52,647 bases of DNA from Gnetum montanum (taxonomy: Eukaryota > Plantae > Gnetophyta): assembly GCA_015680685.1 (NCBI GenBank), contig MNCI01001323.1, positions 124,922 through 177,568 of the forward strand, in the 5' to 3' direction. Positions 1-12,000 of the stretch are shown piece after piece. The number at the start of each line of letters is the position of its first letter. Within the stretch, counting starts at the first letter, position 1. A program made the translations under genes and the position numbers. The notes under the pieces were generated by a model. The model was not told the DNA's origin and did not search any database. It saw nothing but the letters and a program-made list of their open reading frames with translations.

Positions 1-426
1 ATTCAATTACCCTTGCTAATATATAATTGTGTGGTGTGTGCAGATGGCAATCATACAACAACGGAATGGATCTGGAGCAAACACTTAGAATGGAGTAGCA
101 CTGAAGCAGCTATGCAAGGAGTAGAATGGATAATACGCTTATGGATGGACAACGGAAGGCGTAATCTATGCATTGGCAGCAGCAAGACTCTTCTCTCTTC
201 TTCTCTTCTCTTCTCTCTCCTCTTTTCTCTCAGCTACCAAATGTGGCCTGATGTCATTGTAATAAGGTGTTCACACTTGTTATCATGAACACCAATTTTG
301 TCAAGTCTTGTAATAATGAACCGTTCACATGTCATTCCATTAGTTCCATTCCCCTCAATAATCCCATACCTACCTGATATCATTGTAAGGAACTTGAGGA
401 CGAGTTTTCATTCAGTCATGGGGGTA
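1..426 (+). mobile_element. 3' internal region and PPT of Athila-like Ty3/gypsy element A
   Basis: Ends in CATGGGGGTA directly before the LTR start; homologous to the reverse complement of about 49708-50130. Confidence 0.8.
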
Positions 427-1335
427 TGATGAGACGCGGATTGCACAAGTCGTGATATCGCGTACACGATATCACGGTCTGCCGCCAAACCTATAAATAA
501 GAGGCGGCACTCCCCTCATTCCACATCATAGACATAAAGTAGCGAAGCTCTGGCAGATTGATCACCCCAGAGATAGAATATTTTTCATGTGCCTTCAGTA
601 GGAGTCCCCCAAGTGAACGGTTCTTTATTCGAGCAGCTTTGTACCTGAACGCAAGTTGTGTACCGCAATAAAGACGAGCTTTGTGGATAAACCTTGCAGT
701 GCATGGATAGGTTTAATTAATGTTATTTATTTCTTTCCTAGTAACGCGGCATGAGTACGACCTGGTTACGAGCGTTGACGAACGTGTACGACTAGCCAAG
801 GAATCGGCTACTCATCGCGATTAGTTTCTCTCACCCTTTCCTCCTAGAACATGGGACAAGTACGACTTGATTACGAGCATCTACAGATGTGTACGGCTAG
901 TCAAGGAATCAGCTTCTTGTCACACTTAGGTTAGTTAAGTGCCTCAGTACGATCGCTTCAAGCACGTGCGTTACGTGTGGTAATCCTAGTAATGATTAGC
1001 GTTTGGTAGCCACAGTTGCATAGTTCAGGGTGTGTATGGCAAGTGGGAACGGATGCTGATGCTAGGACTTAGTGCTGTAGTTAGAATTAGTTTTAGTTTC
1101 TCAACCCTTCACCGTTTAGCATAGGAGAAAACTGTAAAATACCAAAAAAATCATATACCTCGGACTTACTTAACCATACACCGTGACAACAACAAGTAAG
1201 TTTAGGAAGACAATGAACGATTAACCCCAAGTGTTCCATGGGGCGTTTAGGCATTTAGTCTACGGAGTTCGACCGGATCGCGCGTGCTACGCTCGTTTCG
1301 TATGGTTGAGTGTAGGGCTACCTCTCCACTCATCA
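427..1335 (+). mobile_element. LTR A (3' LTR, 909 bp), Athila-like family
   Basis: Termini TGATGAG...CTCATCA; preceded by PPT; CTATAAATA box near 491; internal ~106-bp duplication (about 753-918); closely similar to 50657-51451. Confidence 0.9.
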
Positions 1336-1392
1336 CCTTCTTAATATTTTGTAAGGAACTCGAGGACAAGTTTTTATTCAATCATGGGGGTA

Positions 1393-2189
1393 TGATGAGC
1401 CGCGATATCGCGTCCGCCCCCGCGATATCGTGTACGCAATATCGCGACCTACCATTACATCTATAAATAAGAGGCAGGCTTCCCTTGTTTCCACATCTAG
1501 ATCTAGACCCTTAGCCAGACTATAGCAGTTTTACCATTCCAAAGTTAGAATAATTTCCATGTGCCCGTAGTAGGAGTCTCAAAGTGAATGGATCTTTATT
1601 CGAGCAAATTGTACCTGAGCACACATTTGTGTACGACAATAAAGACAAACTTTCTGATACACCTTGCAGCATGTGGACTAAGCTAAATAGGATTTAATTA
1701 CTATTAAATGATTAATTTCTTTTTTAGATAATTAATCTCTCTCAACCCTTAACTCTCCTAGTTAAGTGCATTTAGTACGACTGCTTCGAGCATGTGTGTA
1801 ACGCTTGGTAACCTAGTAACAAGTAGCGTTTGGTAATCCCAGCAGTGTTACACTGGTTTAGGGTGTGTACAGTAAGTCGAAACGGATACTAATGCTAGGA
1901 CAATTAGAACTTAGTTAATGAATAGTTAGTGAAAGCTATTCATTTAGTTCTCTTCACCCTTCCCTCTTAACATAGGCGTTAAAAAGATAAAAGACATAAA
2001 AATCATATACCTCAAACTTACTTAACCATACAACCGTGACAATACAAGTAAGTTTGGGAAGACAACGATTGATTAACCTTAAGTGTTCCATTAGGGCACG
2101 TAAGCACTTAGTCCTTGGAGTTCGACCGGATCGCGCTTGAGATGCTCGTATTCGTATGGTTGAGTGTAGGGGTACCTCGCCACTCATCA
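1393..2189 (+). mobile_element. LTR B (3' LTR, 797 bp), same family, different subfamily
   Basis: Termini TGATGAG...CTCATCA; preceded by 57 bp of pre-PPT/PPT sequence (1336-1392); colinear similarity to LTR A but lacks its internal duplication. Confidence 0.9.
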
Positions 2190-2526
2190 CTAAGAAAGCC
2201 GTAAATAACAAGTAAATAAATAATTAAGCTAAGTGAATACTGCAATGATGAAGTAATCTCGATCTTTATTTCCGGTCATGTGCATGTCCAAGTACGTCAC
2301 ACTCAAATAAGGATGTCATACAATTACAATTACCACACTGTGGGCATACACTGAGAGGAAAAGGGTTGAGGGAAAGAACTACTAAAAGCTAACACTTAAA
2401 ATTACCAAAAACTAATGCCTATCGGAACTTTCTACCTCTTATTTATAGATGAAGAGATAGGCTGGGATATCGCGTATGCAATATTGCATATGCGATTTCG
2501 CGGTTGGAAAAAATGGCGACTCATCA
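2190..2526 (-). mobile_element. Partial LTR C (5' part), truncated where LTR B ends
   Basis: Ends in CTCATCA at 2526; contains CCTCTTATTTATAG (reverse TATA block) and GATATCGCG motifs. Confidence 0.7.
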
Positions 2527-2738
2527 TCTTCAATATAGATCCTACCATTTTTCCTACTAGTGTTCTCAGCATGTGATAGATTATCAGCTCTATGTAAATG
2601 AGACATATTCTCAATTAATAATGTGTGTGACTTAAAATATTAATATTTTCAAAAAGATAAATTGTTGATGCTTTAACAACAATTATTTATAGTATAACTA
2701 ATCTAGATTAGTAGCACCATCCCCAACAACGATGCTAA

Positions 2739-3735
2739 TGATGAGCAATAGGTATCCCCTACACTCAACCATACGAATCATAAGCATTCACATGCAATCC
2801 GATCGAATTTCATAGATAGGATTAGTGTGGTATCTAGATTGTTAAGCATTGATCGCAGGTTGCTATCTTCTCACTTGGACTATTGGTAGCTTTATCATGT
2901 ATAGTTTAATCCAAAGTGAGGCATATGATTATTGATGTTGTGCAGCCCTTAGACTAACTAAATAATAATATAGAAATTAATTAATTAATCTAATTAATAA
3001 TAAAATAAAATCCTAAACTATCCTAAGACCAATGAGTGTTTGTTTCCAGCTTGTCGTACACATCATGAACTCATGTAGCCACTGCTGGGATTACTAAGTG
3101 TTATGCTACTGGACAAACTAAGCGGTAACACTACTGGGATTACCAAGTAAATACATGTTTACACTCAAAACTGGTCATGCTCATTGCACCAATTAATTAA
3201 TGTGCATGAAAATGTAAATATTAACTAAGTACATCAAAAGTAAATTGCATTAAAAGTAAATCTATTCTAAGTCAAAGTGCTAGAACGAATATGAATCAAT
3301 CTCGATCTTATTGTCATTCATGGAATGTGTCTAGGTACAATGCCACTCGAATAAGACATCATACAACTAACTTAGATCCACACTACAGGCACTCATTGAC
3401 TATTTTCTAAGATTACAAAATAAAACTGCAAGAGTTTGGCTACACTATTAACCAAATGGTCAAATACACAATGGGTACTCGCATATTTATAGGTAAATAT
3501 AGGCATTGCATCAACGGGGATATGTTAATGCATTTGGCTACATCGATGGGGATGCATTGACAGGGATGCGTTGACGAGGATGCATCAACGCAGCTAAGTT
3601 ATAACAGATGCGATATAGCATTTATGATGTAGCAACCAATTGAGATACATTGACATGGATACTATAACACAGATGCAACATAGCATCTATGATATCTCAG
3701 CTTATTAATACACTTGACAAAATGATGCTTCATCA
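2739..3735 (-). mobile_element. Diverged LTR D of the same lineage
   Basis: Starts TGATGAG..CCCCTACACTCAACCATACGAAT (reverse complement of the family U5 end), ends TTCATCA, followed by a degenerate PPT-like sequence. Confidence 0.75.
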
Positions 3736-5794
3736 TATTCCAATGACTCAGCTACCTGACATATCAAGTACCTGAATGACTGACTACAAGGTCATTGCTC
3801 TTCTACTCTATCTCAATTCACAATGTTAATAAATTTAAAGTAAAGAGATAAACACAATATAATATTATGCTTCTTGAAGCAAAGATAATGTCGTTAGAGG
3901 CTGAAACTATTTGTCAATTTATAGCCTACCCACATAATCTTTCTTCATCTTCGTTGGATAAATACTTGAAAAAGTGATAGTGAAAACCCATAATAAAGGA
4001 TAGCTTCATGACAATGTTTTATGGCTTAATAAATGGAATCTTTAAAAGTACATTCTTTATTCTGATGCTAACCAAGTTCACAAATTGGTAAAAACAAGTA
4101 GCATTTCAAAAACTTTGGAAAAATGTAGAAGGAAAAAACATTTTTATTTGAATAATATAGGCGATATCATCATTCAACGACAATTTATTTGTTGCTATTC
4201 CTCATCGTTTAAGATGCATAATTATCAAAACATGAATAGGATCTCATCATTTCAATATTGAAATAAGGAGGTGGCTCAAAATTCATCATGAAGAATGAAT
4301 ATGCCAACTATACAATAAAAATAACATTGACAACAAATACCACATTTTCTTGCAATGGCTTGCATTACAAAACATCATACATAAATGAAATATTATAATT
4401 GCAAATTTGGTTGATTTTTTTGAAAATATTATCAAAAACACTTCAATGGACAAACTTGGATTTGTGTTAGGAACACCTTTCTCATTCAACAATTACAGAA
4501 AACAACGGTGCAATGATATGATAATTTTCTTAATGATATTTTTAAAACTCATAACATACATATTTGTATTATCCAATAGATCCAAATGGTCTATGAGAAA
4601 AATAAAATTTCAATTTCAATTTTATAAATCTTAAAATTAATGTAAATGATGTTAGAGCAAAGTTGTGTTCGCTATCAATAATAATTTTCTCCTGATTTTT
4701 ACAAGATATCTTCAAACTTGTCCTTTCTGTGTTCTTTTGAAAATTAGTCAAATCAACCGAAGTGAACATGTGATATTATGCGATTATTTTTTATTTTTGC
4801 TTTTCTCCAAATTAACGAGAAAAACACTAAGCCCGTACCTAAAAAAGTTCAACGCCGTGACGATGCATCGGTTTCTCGGCTTTTAATCACCTCAACTAAA
4901 ACCACCACTTTTTCAGAAGAAAACTTCCGTCACTAGTAACTCATAACCCTTTTTGCGTCGAGTAGTTATGATAGCCGTTCAAGCCCCGCTTCTACAATTG
5001 CCGTCGCGTTTAACAAATACATTTTCCATCATCATTTCACGTAAACCAAAAGACAACGGAACGGAATTGGAAAATCCATCTATACACAGACCAAAATTTC
5101 GAAACAAACAGATGCCATCGCATTGAGAAGAGTGAGTGATGGCTAGTTATATTAATTGAGTTAGATTGTAGGATTTTAAGTGTCAAATTTGCAAACCACG
5201 GCTGTCCCGTCCTAAAAAGCCAAAACATAGAATAATATCTCGCGCGCTTCCATCAAATTGTAAGCTTTGTCCTTTGGTTGCATTTTTTTTTTATAAAACA
5301 ATCTCCTACGATGAAGAGTAGAAAATAACGAATACCACTCTCCACGGTTTGCTTTGTGGAAGCCTTAAAAGGCAACTTTTCTCATCTTTCATAGACCGAC
5401 ATTTCATTGAACATGCACGAGACGTGACGTCCGTGGTTAAGGAAAATGGTCGTTTATTTCTGGTTTTATTCGTCTGCAAGACTGCGACTATATAATATGA
5501 GGCTTAGGCAATAACAATTTCTCAACCTATTATTTGTTCAGAAAGCAAGTACTATTAAAATACAAAATAGAATTTCATACGCTGCTGGCAACCCATTGCT
5601 TACGGTGCATTTAGTTTTGAACGGGAACTACACCGATACTGTTGGTCATCCAGAAACGATGCTATTTTTGCACCGCCGCACCAGGATTTCTTTGCAAATA
5701 CAACACACATATTCAAGAAAACATGAGTACTCTCTCACATGACATGGGATAGAGGCCTGTAATTGAAATAATGAAGGGCAGGATTCTCATGCTC

Positions 5795-6043
5795 TCAATC
5801 TGCATTTTTGGTGGACCAGTCCCTTTTCCCACCAGCAAGAATCCTGGAGATTTGCAAACCTCTGCTGAAGCCTTGATTGAACAACAGCCGGGTCTGGAAT
5901 TCAGACACAAACGGAAACCATGCCAGAACTGCCGTAGGTGTAAACAGAACCAGACCCATCACAAACTCGTAACCCCTAGCAAGTCCCCTCACCGAATCCC
6001 AGAAGCCTGTATGCTGTACTAATGGTCTGCACGCCAGAGCTAT
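5795..6043 (-). CDS. CALS: CalS exon 42 (terminal coding exon)
   Basis: IALACRP...[46 protein letters not shown]. Confidence 0.94.
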   Translation of the reverse strand: MALACRPLVQHTGFWDSVRGLARGYEFVMGLVLFTPTAVLAWFPFVSEFQTRLLFNQGFSRGLQISRILAGGKRDWSTKNAD

Positions 6044-9000
6044 CTGCAATAACAGGCATCAAAAATACAGTCAGAAATCGAATGGTGAGGAAATATTAAA
6101 AAGGCAAAAAGAAAAAACTCTGAATTTGCCTGCAAAAATGCCCATCCGGTTGGCATGAACGCCAACACGCAAGCAAAGAGGTCCGAGACGGTAAGGTTGC
6201 ATATAACGAACAGAATAGTCAAGACTGAGACAAAGCTTATGAACAGCAGGCCTTTCAGAAGCCTAAAAATGAGCTGAAAATCAGCACTGAATCTGCGTCT
6301 TCCCATCGACACCGTCTGCAGATGATGACAATGTAAACAATGAATCAGCATCATAATTGATTTGCATTCATGGCCAGTGGTTGCCAGCAATTAGTATCTT
6401 CATTTTACCTTGAGTACCAGTAGGATAACCCCTATCACAACCCAGGAAAGACCATACACCTGCATTGTTTTGTTTCAATTTCATGAGAAATCTTGGAATT
6501 GACTAATGCATCATGCAAAGTGAAAAGAAAAATAAAGACCAAGTGTTTTACCAGGAAACTCCTACGTTCATGAGCAATGTTGAGATGGTAAACCATTCCG
6601 TATTGGTATAGGAAGAACCTGATGGACAGCACTATTTCCCAGAGCCTGCCAGCCAATCCTGAATGTTTGAGGTGTTCTTGTTCCTCCTCCCACCATGATT
6701 CCCAGCTCTTTTCTGGAGACACCCCAATTCCTCCACGGCTGTTGATCCACTTGTTCCAGTCCGTCCAATCATCCACAATCTTCTGCCACTCAAAACCAGA
6801 CGGATTGAACAGGAAGGGTGCAAACAGCCACGTGACAACCATGAACCACATAGAGAATGTAACCAGCATGTATCCCAGGGTATTATTGAAGGAAGCTCCA
6901 TAAACCTTATACACAACCAGGAGGAGTGTTAGCTCTAGCCCCTTTACGAAGTGACTGCGGGAATAAAATCTGTAATTGTCTGCAAATTTGGCATGGTATA
7001 CAACAAATCCACGGCCCGTTGCTCTGTATTTGGCACCCCCATGAAGCAATGTGCGACCGTAGTAGTGGGTTTTTGTGCCTAGTGAAAAGGTGAAGAAAAC
7101 CGAGGCTAATTGAAGCTGCATGATCACAAAATCACTCAATGCAGTTCTGAAACCTCTCTCCAGGCCTATCTCCATAACCATGGGCAATGCCATCAGTATG
7201 CCAAGCTGGACGAAAGACTGGGAAACAAGCGCTGCTTCCAGTCCACTGTCGTGCTGAAGCGAAGCAGCATCTCGTATGGCCTTTTCAAGCCCACTCAGTG
7301 CCAAGTACAGCCTCCCGTACAGAAACACATAGACTGTAAGCACAGTGATCTGTATTTTACGTGCATGACCCAGAAAATCAGTGACATCAGGATTTGTATA
7401 TCATAATACTAAGTTTCTCCGACTTACGAAAAATTGCCGGTTTAGTGATACGTACCAGAGTACTGAAGTAGAAACCAATGGTGGTGAAGTAACAAGATAG
7501 CATTCTGAAAAAGTCAAAGCGATGGCCAAGCCTGTAGAGATCACGACATAACGTTTGTTCACCGTTTCCGTTTGCAACCTTAGCCTCAAACATTGTTATC
7601 TGATTCAGTCCGACATCACGACCTTTCCCAACTTGCATGTATTCATGATGAGTTACATTCCCTCCCCTCAGAGTGGAATTGAAACCTGAAAGAAAACTCT
7701 CAGAGTTTCAAACTTGATGAGTATTTCTAGACAATATTTGCTTTTCACGTTCCCCTCTCGGGGCAGTCTCAAAAGGAGATACAAAACATGCGCAAGTTAC
7801 CTGCGAAAATATCCTCACTTAAGTTGACCCCTTTAGAAGCTTTACTTATTCCTCCCCTTGTCAGGTGAAATATTCTATCGAACACGTCTGGATGTCCATA
7901 GTGAAAGCGAACCCTTGATACATGCAGTTTTTTGGTAAAAAAAAGGTCAGTTTTTTGGCATTTTGACAATGAATTAAGCCAAAGCCGCAAATCCACTATT
8001 TGACATCTGTAAGAGTAAACGCAATTGTCCAGGCTAGTCACCAACATTTTCACATACAAGGCTTAGATTAAAGTTGTCCACCAGGATAATCGCTAGCCTA
8101 TTTCGGTTTCGTCAAATGCCAATTGGTCTCAACATATCGCAGCCCGAAAGTCGAAAGCCCGAAAGTCGAAAGCCCGCTAATTTTCCGTGCAAGAATTTAA
8201 GTAGAGCTAGGAGGTCCTACGCATGACGCAGTTGAAAATTGCATCATGTTAGATACCAAATTTCGTTTGAATATTATCGATCACGACTAGAACATTCTGT
8301 TTATAACCCTTCGGTTGAAGTGTCACAATCATCATGGATAACTTACCTTAATTTTTATCAATAAATCTAAAGGGTCTGGAAACATAATAAAATAAAAATT
8401 CCAGTTTCATTAAGTATAGCTTAGTAGTTACCATGGGCTCTTGCTATATGGTGTATGTGTTCAACTATCTTGTATAAAACCTATGGAAAAACGGTGTGTG
8501 GGCCCCTTTTTCTCAACTTTCGTAAAATAATTCTTTAGGTATTAAATTTTAACTTTTTGCTGACTTTTGAATAGCAGCAAGACATTATAGTGGCCTTTGA
8601 GAAAAAGTTTTGTATCATAGTAAAAAATAATATGATATAAAATAAATCCACATATTGTCATTGGGAGAGAGTAGACCAAAGACAATCTCAATAATATTTT
8701 GAGAGTACAAAATAAATCCATATTTAATTTATGTCATATAAACTCACTCTCATGAAATAAAGAAATAAACTCCAATTTGATTTTCCTTGCTACAATATTA
8801 GTTTAGTTATATATATTTATAATATATATCTATTATTTTTAAATTAATGAATTTTTATTATTTTTAAATTAATGAATTTTCATTGATTTGTTAAGCATTG
8901 ATTTTCATATCGAAAAAAAAGTCAAAACCGGGCACTTGTACCTGTCAAGGATTTATTTCATGACATTTCAGATTTAAGAATTGTTATGATCAAGTTTGCC

Positions 9001-12000
9001 TATACTGACCTTGAGAGAATTATATTAGTGTGTCAATGTTTTTGTACTAATTCTCTCAAGGTCAGTAAAGATGAAAACATGAAAACTTAAAAAGACAATA
9101 TATTTTATAAGATGATAATATATTCTTTATTGGGAGCATCATTTACAATGATGGTAAGGTGCTTGTTTCTCAAGTCATAAAACCTGAGTCTGAGCTTAGG
9201 CATAATCACTTGAAAAGAGGTTAGGCTTTCATGCTTTCACTAACACTCCTAGGACCTCGCCTTGGACTAACATATCCTTCATCATATATCCTTGATAATA
9301 TGCGTTCTTTCATAGTAACTAATTAGTCAATGTTTAATTTTGTTTAAATTTTTTGTTGTTTCAAGAGTATTTTTACCTATCTAAACAAAATAGATGATAA
9401 AATTATAAACATTTTTCACAATTTTTTTTTCATTTAGACATTTTTTCCAACTTTGTCAAAGTTGAAAAAGACATTTTCACTACTTTTTAATCATCAAATT
9501 AAATAAATAATTAAAACTGTGCAACAAATACCTTTCTATAGAAAATCATCACAACACAATAAAAATAAAGCAAATAGTTGAAGCTTAGTATGAGTTACTA
9601 TCCCAATAAATATTATTATGTTCATCTAAATTTTTATAATTTTCTGTTTTCTATATTTATATATGAGGAATAGATACTAGATTGTCTCCCCAAGATAATT
9701 CCTATCAATACTTTGAATTTGAATTTGGTCATTCATAAACTCACATTTTTGCCACATCAATAAAAATGTATTTCTAATATAAGAAGTCAAAAGTATGCTG
9801 TTAAGTGAAAATGACTGAGACTACGTCTCCAAATGACGATGCAAACATGTAAAAATCATTGAACATGAGGACTTTGTAAAAATGTGTAAAACATGTACCA
9901 AGTATGATTTCAATTCCTTTTATGTTGTATATAGTGGGACTTAACATAATGGTTCTTTTTATTTTTCAAAGTTCCAAAAATAGATAATTAATAAAAGACT
10001 TAATTTCGATTAATGGAATACAACATAATCTTGTAATCAGAATGTAACAAAAGACTGTCATTTATCCACCGAAAAAACACATTTTACAATAGAAACATTG
10101 AATGCTAAAACAAAGGATTAGTTTACATAGCACGCGTATGATGCGGTGTTATGAAAGAAGTGTACAGAAATCTGAATGCTGAAACATCCCATAATCACTT
10201 AGTGATGCTCCAGAGATGTTAAGGGTCCAATTCTAATAGACACTATGATCTCCTCATGGGTATAATAAAATGTTTTAGTAAATCATCTCGGCATACATGA
10301 GATCTTTAAATTTGGAAGGAAATAATTGCTAAATTTTTTAGTGTTGAAACAGCTTAGAGACAGGGTAGTGGTTAAGAGTAAATTATTGAAAAATGTAACT
10401 TACAGAAAGGCCCTCAACTTTCAGAATCCTTGAAACTAGTGAATAGAAACAAGTGAGGTTAAAAATATGTTGGTGCAATGATGCTGATAATTTCAACTTT
10501 CTTGTTATTAGTTAGATTAAAAAATTTCTTTCACTGATCATGATCCTTGTTTAATCTTGAAAATCCATTATTGGAAAGCATTCCTTTAAACTCTTCAAAA
10601 AAAGAGAAGAAAATTCAGCATTTGTATTGGCATTCACGAAATCAATCATTTCTGACTTATACCAAGTTTATACACTGCAAAGACAACAGAAACACAACGC
10701 AGGAAACAAAATAAGCATTCATTCTCTCAGTATTCCTTATTTGTATTTTTCCAGCAACAGCATGGCAGCACACAATTGCATTAAAGCCCTTCTCTTGGTC
10801 TGTCCGACCACCATCTTTTTGCTTTTAACTAGCATATTGTTATTTGCAGTTCTAGAGATTTTTTTTAATAGAGCAGTAGAGAACAGGGAAAAAAACTGAA
10901 CGAGTTCATCTTGCTTCAGTGTCTTGTTTAAGACTGTTTGGGTATTTCAATCCGCTTGTTTGCTCTTTGTTATACTCCCCTCCTGTTATTGCCATCATGC
11001 TGTTGAACTCAACCTCCGATATTTCAACGTCCTGAATGAATAGGTAATCAGGGAGATCTTATTGGGTGGGAGAAGTTGCATGGGAATGTCTTTCCTTCTA
11101 TATATATTCATTTTAATTTTTATATTTAATTCACTGCTTTAATTCTTTCGAGCAGTTTATATTTTGGAAACTAAAAATGTACGCATTTTATCAAGTTCAT
11201 GTGAAGTCCACGAAATCCTAGGGACCTATTAAAAATCAGTTTCAGTTATTTCGTTTTGCACGAATCCTGTATAACTTGGCCATTTTTGGCCTCTTATATA
11301 TGTTTCTTCTTCATCACAAGCGAAAAAGAAATCGGTATATCATTCATCTATCCATTGGTCTAAAGGAGCCAACTTGAATCCAATTAGAGCTGAAAAACTT
11401 GTTCTCTACATAGCATACTTTGATTAGACGAACAGCACAATGTGGAACATAGGCAAACACTAGATCTTCATTGAGATATTGATCTTGGAAATAAGGACCA
11501 ACTGTTGATGATGATTTTTTGTTTGTCATTTTGCACCACCTGCTGTTCTGGTTCTGGTTTTGGTTGCGCATTTCATTCATTACCTTAAAAACTTTTCAAT
11601 GATATTATCTTAGTGTATTCTCTCGCACGCTATCGTTTTTGTAGTCCATCTGTACCGCTGTGCTATTTTTCTTCAATATTTTTTAGACTGTTCGCGACTC
11701 TTTTAATAATCCTGATGTTTCTTAGTCACTGTTTGTGACTTGTAAAGTTTGTTTTCCTATTATTTTCACCACCATGTTCCCATGATAGAGTAACAAACTA
11801 TTGAATATTGATGACAAAGATACAGATTCATAATTTGTTCGGTTTGAAGATAATTTGTGCAACATTGTGAAATTATAGCATAAAAAGCGTGCCATTATAA
11901 GAAGAGGCAAATTTTATGTTATATCAGGAAAGGAAAAATTTTAAAAATAAAAATAAAAAGCAATGAAAATATTCGAAACGTACATCAACAGAAAGATTTT

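Noticed and set aside
793-812. TAGCCAAGGA resembling the 5' half of miR169
   Set aside because: Only 10 nt match, inside an LTR, with no precursor hairpin.
5771-7406. Plus-strand and alternative-frame ORFs over the last CalS exons
   Set aside because: Explained as shadows of coding exons; no independent motifs.
11352-11390. Loose resemblance to miR159/319 sequences
   Set aside because: Several mismatches and no long fold-back.
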